Made by a program: the position numbers and the translations under genes. A model generated the notes under the pieces. That model had not been told where the DNA came from. It made no database searches and worked only from the letters and a program-made list of their open reading frames with translations. 64,000 bases of DNA. Origin: a virus. Where the stretch lies: positions 1 to 64,000 of IMG/VR virus record IMGVR_UViG_3300021197_001654. One strand, written 5' to 3'. Shown piece by piece: positions 30,915 to 40,051 of the stretch. Every line of letters starts with the position of its first letter. The stretch's first letter is position 1.

Positions 30915-31871
30915 ATGTGGGAAGAGGACAACGAAGCAGTCACTGATGAGCAAGAGGCGCCTGCGGCAGAAGTTGCTGCAGAGCCCGCAGCGGAAGCGCC
31001 TGCCGAGACTCCGGTCGAAGCGGCACCCGTGGAAAGCTCAGAAGGAGTATCAAGCGCCGCGCCAGAAGTATTCGACTGGAACGGCGAACTTGAGAGTCTT
31101 CGACAAGAGCAATGGTTCAACGAACTAGACGAAAATATGCGCTCGTCGATGACTAAGGGATTCGAGACTAAGTACCAGAACTGGGCTCGCGGATACCAAA
31201 AGAAGTTCGACGAACTGTCAACTCAACGACGCGAAGCTGATCGTGTTCTCGAAGCCGCAAGAACGCAAGAGCGGAAGGTAATGCAGTGGCTCCACGGTGA
31301 CGTGGATCCGATGGTCGAAAAGCAGAAGGAAGTCGACAACCTCAAGGTCGCCCATCGCGCAGCACTGGAAACTCTCCGCGAACGCGCAGAGATAGAGCAC
31401 GAAAAAGTAAAGAAAGCTTTCGGTGCTGATCTGGAAACTGCTGCGGCGGCTCGCGATCAGGCAATACAACAGCACGTACAACTACAAAAAGAACTCGATA
31501 CGTACGAGGAAGCCGCGACAGAGCAACAAGTCGACTCGATCGAAAAGTACCTGATGGCTAACGGGTCAGATATCTATGAGAACGACGAAGCTTTCGAGGC
31601 CTTTCTAGGTGCCTGGAAGGGCGGCTTTGAGATCGACCAAGCAATTAAGATGGTCCGAGCGCTTATGCCCCCACCACCTGAGCCCGAGCCAGAGCCCGAG
31701 CCTGAACCAGTGCCAGAGCCCGACCCCATACCCGAAGGCATGAAGCTCATGAACATGAAGCCCGATGCGGCAGCAGCTACCGAGGGCGGGAGCCCCCAGT
31801 CGTTCGAAGAGATGATGATGTCGCTAAAGAAAGAAGGACAACGCGAAGCCGATATTGTTCGCAACGCGTAA
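30915..31871 (+). CDS. Capsid scaffolding protein
   Basis: Acidic disordered N-terminus, RGYQKKFDELSTQRRE coiled-coil motif, (PE)n linker. Confidence 0.7.
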   Translation: MWEEDNEAVTDEQEAPAAEVAAEPAAEAPAETPVEAAPVESSEGVSSAAPEVFDWNGELESLRQEQWFNELDENMRSSMTKGFETKYQNWARGYQKKFDELSTQRREADRVLEAARTQERKVMQWLHGDVDPMVEKQKEVDNLKVAHRAALETLRERAEIEHEKVKKAFGADLETAAAARDQAIQQHVQLQKELDTYEEAATEQQVDSIEKYLMANGSDIYENDEAFEAFLGAWKGGFEIDQAIKMVRALMPPPPEPEPEPEPEPVPEPDPIPEGMKLMNMKPDAAAATEGGSPQSFEEMMMSLKKEGQREADIVRNA

Positions 31872-31873
31872 AT

Positions 31874-31913
31874 AAAAAACCCCCGGCTGCCTAAGCGACC
31901 GGGGGTTTTTCTT
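31874..31913. terminator. Bidirectional intrinsic terminator
   Basis: AAAAAACCCCCGG-loop-CCGGGGGTTTTT between convergent genes. Confidence 0.85.
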
Positions 31914-31925
31914 TGTCTACGTTGT

Positions 31926-32585
31926 TTAGGCGTAGATAACGTAAGTAGCGTCGTCGGTGGACGAAGCATGGTGGATCGTCAGTGTACCCGATGCAATGAC
32001 CGCACCTGTTGTCGCGATGTTCGCGTCCATCGACACAACCACAGGAGCCCCGTCCAACTCAGCAGTAAACCCTGTGACGGTAGACGATGTACCGCTGCAG
32101 GTAACCTTACCAATCATCGGAGTGCTGTTAGCATCGCCCGGCGAAAGAACGTACGATCCCAGTGAGGCGTGAACCTTAGTGATTCGACCGACACGAACGT
32201 TGAGCGAAAACGCAGCACCGTCAGCCGTAGCCGCAGGAACGGCACCCAAAACTACACCGCCCTCAGAACCAGCAACTGTGCTGAGATAAACTGCATCGCC
32301 AACCTGAGCCGCAGCAGAAGTATCAACACCCGTCACAACCTTGTAAGGAAGCGCGAGAGCCGTGTACTCACCAGCAGCAGCAGCGTAGTCAGCTACAAAG
32401 AATGGGCCGCGACACTTGGAAATGCTTCCTGGATCAGCAGGCTCAACTGACATGAAGTCACCCTGCATACCAGTAGCTACGATAATATCGTTCGCTGCGA
32501 TAGCAGAGGCGCAGTACACCTTGAGAGCGTTTGTGCGTGTCTTAGTGACACCAGCGATAATCTGTTCTTGCTTAAACTTAGCCAT
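31926..32585 (-). CDS. Second capsid decoration / head-fibre-like protein
   Basis: ASAIAANDII...VTGVDTSAAAQVGDAVYLS...RVGRITKV beta-tulip-like pattern; GGAG RBS. Confidence 0.6.
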   Translation of the reverse strand: MAKFKQEQIIAGVTKTRTNALKVYCASAIAANDIIVATGMQGDFMSVEPADPGSISKCRGPFFVADYAAAAGEYTALALPYKVVTGVDTSAAAQVGDAVYLSTVAGSEGGVVLGAVPAATADGAAFSLNVRVGRITKVHASLGSYVLSPGDANSTPMIGKVTCSGTSSTVTGFTAELDGAPVVVSMDANIATTGAVIASGTLTIHHASSTDDATYVIYA

Positions 32586-32651
32586 GATTTCTCCAGCCCC
32601 TCAGAGGGGGTTTCAATACGCAGAAGTGCGTGAGGAGACTATATCACTTCC

Positions 32652-35600
32652 TCACGAACCCGTCTCGGACTTCTTAGCAGCCTTCTTCTCGGCTTTCTCA
32701 GCTTTTTTCGCCGCCTTGGCTTCGGCTTTTTCGGCCTTCTTCTGCTTTCTCTTAGCGAGACGCTCAGAAATGTTAGCCTTAAAGGCGTCAACCGTGTCGT
32801 CCTCAACAACTCGACCCCGAAGCGCATCAGAGTCAAGCCTGGCTACCGCCGCCGCTTGTTTCTGCTCGGCTGTCATCCGGGGACCGGCAACACGAGAACT
32901 CTCGGGAATTAGGCCCGATGAGACCCCGAGATCCAGGCGCTGCTCCGTCAATGGGCTTATCGACGATTCAGCCGCCGCGGCCAACTCCTCATCGGTTGGT
33001 GGCTTAGGCTTAGGCTTAGGCTTACGACGCGCCTCCTCAAATGTTAGCGTACCCGTATCGTCGCGCGTAACCTTAGCGTCAGTAGTCGACCCTCCACGAC
33101 GCACTGTAGCGCCAGCAGGTAACGGATAACGCTGCTCGTAAACCGACGTTTGAGTGGGGTCGGGACCAGTATCTACCGAACGAGGGCGTGGGTCCAGTGT
33201 AGGCGTCGCGGGACCAAATTCGTACTTACCGCCAGTGCTACCAGGAGGCAACTCGAACAGCGGGCCACGACTCTGGGCGGACATCAACGAAGCTGCGTCA
33301 GTTCCCGAGGGAGTCGACGCAAACTCGGCTAGCTTCATGGGATCCGTCGGAGCCGAAAGGATCATACCCTCTGCGTCTACCTCAGGCGCAGCCGCCCGCC
33401 GCGCGCGCAGACGCTCTTCGATCAACTGTTGTTTCAGCGAGTCCCAAGACTCTAAGCGATCGTCCTTAAACCGAAGCGGTCGCGTCGGAGGAGCAGCCGG
33501 CAAGCTCGACTCGATTTCAGCAATCTCTTCCAATACATCAGGATTGTCCTTGAATATGAGCTTCGCCTCTTCTACGTTATCCAGCAACTCAAGCTCAGAC
33601 ATGGTCGGGAAAGAGTCATCCCGAGCCTGATCGAGCAATTCTTTTTCGGCGAAGTCTTTATCTACTTTCGCCTGCTGCTTCACCCCGTAGACTTGATCGA
33701 GATAGTCGGACTCGTCGCCAACATAGCCACCTCGAGACGCGGCCTGCTCCGCCCTTACATCAGCCTCAAATGCCTCTTGCGCGTCCCGGTCGAAATTGGG
33801 AGATTCTTCTAAATCACTAACCCTCTGCGCCATAGGTCTTGCGTCTTTAACTCCTTTCGCTGGGGGCTTCGCCGCCTTCGGCTTGGCTGCCATCGGCGTG
33901 AGAGGTAAGTGTTGAAGAGGTAGGTCAGACTCCTCGACGACATCTGGGGCCCCTCTCAAGGCTTTACGCCTAGCCAAAGATTTAGCCTCGACCTTTGCGG
34001 CAATGTCGTCCACTGTAGCCGGGGCGGGCTCCGAAACCGTCGGCAATTTAGGCGGCTTGGCGGCGTCGGTAGCCTCCACCTTACTGCCCTTCCCGCTACC
34101 CACGATACGCTCAATCAAGTCAGCCTTGCGCATCTTGTAGTAGCCCTTAACGCCAAGCTTCTTTGCCTCCGCCTTGAGTTCCCTGACCGTTTTCTTGGAT
34201 AACTCACTTGCTTCGTCACGCTTAGGGCGACGCCGAAGAGTGTCGTCAGACACGCGCTCCGTAGTATGAGTCGTGCTCTCAGGCTTAGTAGGTAAGCTAG
34301 ACTCAACGACTGGGGCCCCCTGCGGCGGAACCTCAGAAACCTGGGCAGGAACACCCGCCGCCTCTCTTGAGCGAGCCCGGCGACGTTCACCCTGTTCGAT
34401 CTCTCGATTAACCCTCTTCGATGGAGTGCGTCCCGGCTGGCGGCGAAGAAAGTCGCGATTAACGCTCTCAAGATCTGCGGCACCAACAATCTCTTGACCC
34501 TCATCGAGGATATCGGTGCTACCGTCAATAGGGTTCTTAACGACGCGCTGGCCCTGCCTACGCAGGGTAAAAATTAGGTCTCGTGCCCGGTCACCCTCGT
34601 CCTGCGCAGTAGCCTCAGCCACCATCTCAAGCTCAGCATCATTGAACCTAGGGTTGCGATCAAAAGCTTTCCGCGCCGCAACTTCTTGAGCCTGAGCCCT
34701 CAGCGCCTGCAGTGCATCATAGGCCTCATCATCAGCAACTCTTCGCGCCGAAGGAGTCTCCGGAAACGCCTTGCTCTGAAGCTTCTTACGGGCTTCTTTA
34801 AGCTCCTCTTCGGTCTTAATCTTTCGCTGATGGGCAAACAGAGCCTCGTCATCCGAAGGAACGTAGTCAGCATCCGTAAGCTTAGGCTCGGGAGTAGGCT
34901 TACCATCAGGACCCTTACGACCAGCCTCACGCCACTCACGGCGACGCTGCTCAAGAGCTAGACGAGCGCCACCATCTTGGCGCGGTTTACCTTCAGCATC
35001 TGTCGTACGCAGCTTACGCGCGGCTGTTTTCCCCGTTTCGGGGTCGATGTTAAAGTAAGTCTTCTCGTAATCTATTGGTTGGCGGCCCGGAGCAACGCGA
35101 TCCTTAAACTCGTTCTCCTCCTGGGATGCGTTGCGCAGAGCACGATCCTCCGACTCACGTAGGTCCCTCTCTCTGTCGGGCGTTCTCTGGCCTGACTTCT
35201 TCCCCGCCGTGGCCGCCGCTGCGCTCGCACGCCGCCTCTCCATGACGTCGACGGCCTCCCCTCTGTTACCCGCAATATTAGGATCCTTGTACCACTCGTC
35301 ACCAGACCATATACCTTCGCCCGCCTCACGCTCGGCGTTACGTCCAAGAACAGGCATCTCGCGCTTAATTCGCTCAGCAGCTTGTGACCGAGTCAGATAG
35401 TCAGGATTCTTCGGACCAAGTGTCGTCTTCGCTATGATCTCACGCAGAACCGATCGGGCCGTCTTAGTCGAGGGCGAGTCCGGGTAGGCGAGAAGATTAT
35501 CCAGCGCGTCACGAGGAATCTGATCCTCAAAGAAGCTAGTCTTCCGCCCACTACTCGCCAGATTAAAGTCATGATCCGCCTTGTCGAAAGCATCACGTTT

Positions 35601-36278
35601 CTGCTGTTCCCGAAGTGCCCCCGCAAAGTACTCCTCCTCAGCCTTCTCTATCTGACCACCCTTCAATATCTCTAGCTGATTACGCTTGGCCGCGGCCTGA
35701 GCAGGCGTCAAATTACCTGCAACGAGGTCAGCATCAATCGCCTCCGTCCGACGAGCAACCTCACGGTTGATCCGAGCTGTTTGCGCCCTCAGTTGAATAC
35801 CCGAAGGCCCCGGTAGCCGCGCCAACTGCTTCGCACTATAAAAAGGGAAATAGGCTGCTGCCATACCCAAGCCGACGTTCAACCCTATTTCTTCTTTCGA
35901 CTCATCGTCCACGACGCCGCGAGCCACTCGACCGACCGTACCGACAATGTCAGAGGCCGGCGTAGGGTCTACAAGAGAGGCGCGGTCAGTCGCTATGATA
36001 AACGCATCGATAGGGCGCTGACCGTAAAGTTCAGCCTTTACTCGACGCTCTTCCCGAACCCGCTCTTGCTGCTCCGGAGTCAACGCGTTGAAGGCAGCCA
36101 ATGCCTTGCGCTGAGCCTCGGTTAGCTGAGTACCCTGTAATATCGAACCGGTAGCAGGAGCTACAGTCTCAGTGTCGAACCCTATGCCCTTGAGAGGATC
36201 GACAGCATCCGGGTTCGGTTGAAGCTCTAGCGGAAGCGTAGAGCGAGCGCGAAATTCTTTCGGTAAACGATCGCTCAT
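32652..36278 (-). CDS. Large low-complexity protein (1208 aa) with Rho N-terminal-like domain and Lys/Ala-rich tail
   Basis: ELSKKTVRELKAEAKKLGVKGYYKMRKADLIERI; C-terminal KKAEKAEAKAAKKAEKAEKKAAKK. Confidence 0.75.
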   Translation of the reverse strand: MSDRLPKEFRARSTLPLELQPNPDAVDPLKGIGFDTETVAPATGSILQGTQLTEAQRKALAAFNALTPEQQERVREERRVKAELYGQRPIDAFIIATDRASLVDPTPASDIVGTVGRVARGVVDDESKEEIGLNVGLGMAAAYFPFYSAKQLARLPGPSGIQLRAQTARINREVARRTEAIDADLVAGNLTPAQAAAKRNQLEILKGGQIEKAEEEYFAGALREQQKRDAFDKADHDFNLASSGRKTSFFEDQIPRDALDNLLAYPDSPSTKTARSVLREIIAKTTLGPKNPDYLTRSQAAERIKREMPVLGRNAEREAGEGIWSGDEWYKDPNIAGNRGEAVDVMERRRASAAAATAGKKSGQRTPDRERDLRESEDRALRNASQEENEFKDRVAPGRQPIDYEKTYFNIDPETGKTAARKLRTTDAEGKPRQDGGARLALEQRRREWREAGRKGPDGKPTPEPKLTDADYVPSDDEALFAHQRKIKTEEELKEARKKLQSKAFPETPSARRVADDEAYDALQALRAQAQEVAARKAFDRNPRFNDAELEMVAEATAQDEGDRARDLIFTLRRQGQRVVKNPIDGSTDILDEGQEIVGAADLESVNRDFLRRQPGRTPSKRVNREIEQGERRRARSREAAGVPAQVSEVPPQGAPVVESSLPTKPESTTHTTERVSDDTLRRRPKRDEASELSKKTVRELKAEAKKLGVKGYYKMRKADLIERIVGSGKGSKVEATDAAKPPKLPTVSEPAPATVDDIAAKVEAKSLARRKALRGAPDVVEESDLPLQHLPLTPMAAKPKAAKPPAKGVKDARPMAQRVSDLEESPNFDRDAQEAFEADVRAEQAASRGGYVGDESDYLDQVYGVKQQAKVDKDFAEKELLDQARDDSFPTMSELELLDNVEEAKLIFKDNPDVLEEIAEIESSLPAAPPTRPLRFKDDRLESWDSLKQQLIEERLRARRAAAPEVDAEGMILSAPTDPMKLAEFASTPSGTDAASLMSAQSRGPLFELPPGSTGGKYEFGPATPTLDPRPRSVDTGPDPTQTSVYEQRYPLPAGATVRRGGSTTDAKVTRDDTGTLTFEEARRKPKPKPKPPTDEELAAAAESSISPLTEQRLDLGVSSGLIPESSRVAGPRMTAEQKQAAAVARLDSDALRGRVVEDDTVDAFKANISERLAKRKQKKAEKAEAKAAKKAEKAEKKAAKKSETGS

Positions 36279-36580
36279 TTGAACAACGACCTACCCATCT
36301 GACCGACCAGCGTACTACCCGGACCATGAAGCACAGCCCCGCCAGCAAGCGAACCTATAGGGCCCGCGACTTTAGATGTGATCGTACGGCCCTCGTTCAG
36401 GCCCTCGGCAAGCTCGGCATCGGCACCAGATAGCCGGCTGTAACGACGCTTCTTGAGTTTGCCCGCAATATCAGACGGCGAGGACGTTCTAAGAAGCTGG
36501 CTGAGCCTCGGCTTGTCTGCCTGACCAGTTTTACGAGCCAATTCTTCGGCAAAAGGTATCCCAGCTATTGGCATGATCAT
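36275..36580 (-). CDS. Hypothetical protein (101 aa)
   Basis: GGAG RBS, extended -10 upstream, ATGA coupling to next gene. Confidence 0.65.
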   Translation of the reverse strand: MIMPIAGIPFAEELARKTGQADKPRLSQLLRTSSPSDIAGKLKKRRYSRLSGADAELAEGLNEGRTITSKVAGPIGSLAGGAVLHGPGSTLVGQMGRSLFK

Positions 36581-36651
36581 AACTATATCTCCGTACGGTA
36601 CCAGGATAACACGAAAAATACGGCCGTGTTACCGCACCCAAGCCGGATAAA

Positions 36652-36840
36652 TCAGTCGCTGCCTTTGAGCCCGTAGTTATCCTTGGCCCAGCCGCCACCT
36701 TTGAGCGTAAAACTTGTGCGTGCGGGCTTCTTACTCATCTGACGCGTACATTCGGTGCAATCAGGCCACGGATCGGCAAATTTCTGCAGAATTTCCGTGG
36801 ATTTACCGCATATGTCGCAGGCAAATACGTATAAGGGCAC
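36652..36840 (-). CDS. FmdB-family zinc-ribbon protein
   Basis: MPLYVFACDICG...CTEC...FTLKGGGWAKDNY. Confidence 0.85.
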   Translation of the reverse strand: MPLYVFACDICGKSTEILQKFADPWPDCTECTRQMSKKPARTSFTLKGGGWAKDNYGLKGSD

Positions 36841-36842
36841 GA

Positions 36843-37235
36843 TTACTCCTCTGATGGCGCGGGCTCGCGCACATATCGGTCGATAAACGCGTCAGTGGCG
36901 TCTTCTCGGCTCTGTATAGGGTTTAGTTCGCCGGGAGGTAGACTAACACCCACCGGATCAAGGTTAAATGACGCTATAAAGGGGGTATGGGGCCCCGCCC
37001 AGCACCCCTCTACGTTGTAACAGAAGTAATCAAGCGCTTCTTCGTACGATGCGCCCCGATCTACAAGTATCTGTAGGCACTTTTCGCGGTCATACAGGGC
37101 CAGAGCCTCCGTTGCGCACCGAGCAACGATGCCTACAAGGGCCTCGTCGAAGCCGTCGTACATGATCGCCTCCGGATTTAGCTCCTCTAAAGTCGAAACA
37201 ATGTCCGCTGGCGTCGAAACTTCGATACTCATCAT
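36843..37235 (-). CDS. Conserved hypothetical phage protein
   Basis: DGFDEALVG...YDREKC...EEALDYFCYNVEGCWAGPHTP motif. Confidence 0.8.
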   Translation of the reverse strand: MMSIEVSTPADIVSTLEELNPEAIMYDGFDEALVGIVARCATEALALYDREKCLQILVDRGASYEEALDYFCYNVEGCWAGPHTPFIASFNLDPVGVSLPPGELNPIQSREDATDAFIDRYVREPAPSEE

Positions 37236-37819
37236 CCACCCCACCCATGCGGCACAAGATGACCCGGTCCATACGGGGTATCCTGCACCTTAACTACCTT
37301 ACCCGCCGGGTCAGACCCGTCATAAGCCGCGATATCTTGGAGCGATGGGTCCGGAGACCAGTAAAACACCATGGTCTCCTCCCCTACTCGACCCCAGTAA
37401 CGACGCCAACCCTGACGATCATAGTAAGAATGCACATCACCATGTGCCTCAGGCACCCGCTCGCTCGCACGCCACGCGTTCCAGCCGTCCGGTATACGGA
37501 TCATACCTGCATTATCGCGCGGAGCGTCAACGACAGACCTGGATTCGGCGACTACGTCGTCATCAACCGCAGCTTTTGGGGGTTCGGTACCAGCAGACAT
37601 GGTGGTCGTGGGGCCCCCAGAGGGGGTGGCACTCGAGCCAGGCGGTGGCGGCGCAAGATTCGCGTCCTTTAAACCCCGAACAAGCGCCAGGCGGGCGACA
37701 GTCTCGCGTGTAACCACTATGCCAAGCTCCCGAACGGCCTCCGAGTCGCTCACAATAGGCACTAACTCGTCTAGCTGAGCCAATATCTTGTCGTCGATCG
37801 GTACTTCGATTGTCTTCAC
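37232..37819 (-). CDS. Hypothetical protein, possible ribbon-helix-helix-like N-terminus
   Basis: GTG start with AGGAGG RBS; MKTIEVPIDDKILAQLDEL...TRETVARLALVRGL. Confidence 0.65.
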   Translation of the reverse strand: MKTIEVPIDDKILAQLDELVPIVSDSEAVRELGIVVTRETVARLALVRGLKDANLAPPPPGSSATPSGGPTTTMSAGTEPPKAAVDDDVVAESRSVVDAPRDNAGMIRIPDGWNAWRASERVPEAHGDVHSYYDRQGWRRYWGRVGEETMVFYWSPDPSLQDIAAYDGSDPAGKVVKVQDTPYGPGHLVPHGWGG

Positions 37820-38363
37820 AGAACCCTCCTGGCCGGAAACCTACCACGAGTAGCGCTTCGTAGCAAGGTGGTAATACCATTGTGGTAAGGTGTTTTGAGA
37901 AATATGTCCGGTCGGGGAAACGCTCCCCCAAAAAAGGTACCATGGAGGATCACAGGGGGGTGTACCCCCCTCTCGCACCACGGCGAAGAGAGACACACTC
38001 CGGCGAGCACCTATTAACCTCATCCTTACTACTAACTGGGGGCGAAGACTAACTCCATCACGGCGGGCCCAAACTTTTTTCCACGGCGGGGGGGAAGGCA
38101 AGGTCAATGGCGGGCCGGGTGAGGAGACAAGAACTGTGGGGGGGATTGGCGTTGAGTAAAGTCTGGTGCCCTGTGCCCAGTCCGCCCGCGATCAAGCCCT
38201 TCAGTCATACCATGCGTTCAGAACCCTGGGTGAAACAAAGGTATATTTTTTAACCCCAGAAAATATCTTCCTTTCTTTCACCCACGAACCTGCCCACCTG
38301 GTCGGACTGGGTCGTGATCGGGACGGCCCGGTCACAGTTCCCCAGCCTTTACAGGAGATAGAA

Positions 38364-38540
38364 ATGAGTACTATGAAATCGTTGTTCGAACGTCAACTGG
38401 TTCCCATGGACGGTCAACTCGCTTACGGCGACAAGACCAGGCCATCGAGAGAGAAGCAGCCGGCGCAACAGACCTTGTTCCCCACCATCTACCACAACCT
38501 CGCAGCGAAGACAGCGACACCGGAAGGAGGTGCCAAATGA
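38364..38540 (+). CDS. First early-region small protein (58 aa)
   Basis: AGGAG RBS before ATG 38364. Confidence 0.6.
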   Translation: MSTMKSLFERQLVPMDGQLAYGDKTRPSREKQPAQQTLFPTIYHNLAAKTATPEGGAK

Positions 38541-38668
38541 ACGGGTTCATACTTTGGCTCGAAGCGAACGAGATCCCATACGCCTTGTGGGACGTTTGGC
38601 ACGAACACGGTTGCCTCCACCCGAAGCACCAGCCGTACTGGCTTGGACCACAAGGAGGCGGCAAATGA
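38537..38668 (+). CDS. Small protein (43 aa) MNGFILWLEANEIPYALWDVW...
   Basis: AAGGAGG RBS and ATGA coupling; not in ORF track. Confidence 0.55.
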   Translation: MNGFILWLEANEIPYALWDVWHEHGCLHPKHQPYWLGPQGGGK

Positions 38669-38726
38669 GCCTTGACGATCTCCTCCCTCTAGAAACCTCA
38701 ATCATTCCAACCACTTAGGAGGCCAC

Positions 38727-38960
38727 ATGGCTCTTTCCAAAGACAACTTCGACTTCGGTCCCGCATTGATCGGTCCAAACACAACACGCACTTGTGTGTG
38801 CTGTGGAGAAACCATCTACGAAGGGCACTGCGCAATCTGGGTTACTACCACCAAAGGCACTAAGTTCTTCTGCGAACCGTGCGTGCCCGACTTGGCCGGT
38901 AATCAAGAAACGTACGAAGACGATCACCGGATCGACGATAACGCCGAGATCCCGTTCTAG
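38727..38960 (+). CDS. Small Cys-containing hypothetical protein
   Basis: AGGAGG RBS; CVCC...CEPC; acidic tail ending EIPF. Confidence 0.7.
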   Translation: MALSKDNFDFGPALIGPNTTRTCVCCGETIYEGHCAIWVTTTKGTKFFCEPCVPDLAGNQETYEDDHRIDDNAEIPF

Positions 38961-39042
38961 CATTTGATTCCTTTCCGCGCTCATCCGGCTTCGGTCGGAT
39001 GGACGTTGTGAGTAATTAAACTCTAACCAACCTGGAGGCTAC

Positions 39043-39315
39043 ATGCTTCGCTTCTTTTTCATTCGTCTACTCCACCAACTCATCGACTCCGTCGATGACG
39101 TTACCTTTAGCACATACAGGGCAGAAGCCGAAGAAACCCTGCGGACTTTCCGAGACGTCACCGTCAAGCAACTCGCGGACTACGACAAAGGGATGCCCGA
39201 CGATTCGACTTTTCTCCGTCATCCAAAAGATCGCAGGGTACACAACGCCAAGCGCGGCGTGTACCTCGCGACCATCGAACTCATCGATGCCAAGATCGAT
39301 TCTCTCACCGACTAA
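39043..39315 (+). CDS. Hypothetical protein
   Basis: GGAGG RBS. Confidence 0.7.
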   Translation: MLRFFFIRLLHQLIDSVDDVTFSTYRAEAEETLRTFRDVTVKQLADYDKGMPDDSTFLRHPKDRRVHNAKRGVYLATIELIDAKIDSLTD

Positions 39316-39338
39316 ACCCTAAACGACCTGGAGGTCAC

Positions 39339-39641
39339 ATGACTTATTCCGAATACACACCCCGTCAATGCTTCACCACCCACGAAGCTATCACCGAGCA
39401 GATTATCTTGCTTGCCACCAACTCGGCTAACTTCGAGAACTACGCAAAGCACGATGATCACAACGGCAACATCTGCTACGATATCCGCGAGCATCACGGC
39501 GAAAGTCAAACCAAAGCGCTCATGGATCTCATCGAGGACTACACGACTTTCGTTGTGCGGAGTCCATTCAGCCCAGACGTCGAAGATATCAAAGTAGTCT
39601 ACGACAAGTACCGCACTATCCGGTCAATGCTTCTTCGCTAA
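39339..39641 (+). CDS. Hypothetical protein
   Basis: GGAGG RBS. Confidence 0.7.
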   Translation: MTYSEYTPRQCFTTHEAITEQIILLATNSANFENYAKHDDHNGNICYDIREHHGESQTKALMDLIEDYTTFVVRSPFSPDVEDIKVVYDKYRTIRSMLLR

Positions 39642-39650
39642 ACCCTAACC

Positions 39651-39986
39651 CGTTACACAGCGTAACACTCTGTAACACACTCAGTGTTACGGCAAACCAT
39701 AGGTTCTATCTACCTTATTAGTAAGTGTAACACTGTAACACTAATTCCTTAGATAGTACTCCTCGTAGCGTGAGGCTCAGTGGGTTTAACGTAAGCCTAT
39801 TACCCACTACCCACTGTCTCCTTACGTATACACACCCTAAAACACAAACCCGTGTTACAGTGTTACACCTCGGCATATGTCAGGTTCAACGCCGAGTCTC
39901 CCGTAACACGCACCATGTTACGCCGTGTAACGCACATCAGAGCATCCGGCCATAAGCCAGGTTCTAACGTGGGTCCGGCGTAACAC
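39651..39986. repeat. Iteron-like GTAAC/GTTAC repeat cluster; putative replication origin
   Basis: About 12 copies, e.g. TGTAACAC at 39671, 39726, 39734; GTGTTACA at 39852, 39860; CGTAACAC at 39661, 39902, 39979; non-coding gap. Confidence 0.7.
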
Positions 39987-40051
39987 TACCTCAATCATCA
40001 GGCTTTTGCTGGTGATCATAGAAACTTCAACACGACCAGGAGGTCAACATC

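Noticed and set aside
32416-33630. Plus-strand ORFs of 237 and 158 aa
   Set aside because: Ser/Ala-rich antisense shadows of the 1208-aa and 219-aa genes
39651-39986. Repeat cluster as a CRISPR array, given the Cas4-like gene
   Set aside because: Repeats are about 8 nt, in both orientations and irregularly spaced; no cas operon; stand-alone Cas4-like nucleases are common in phages
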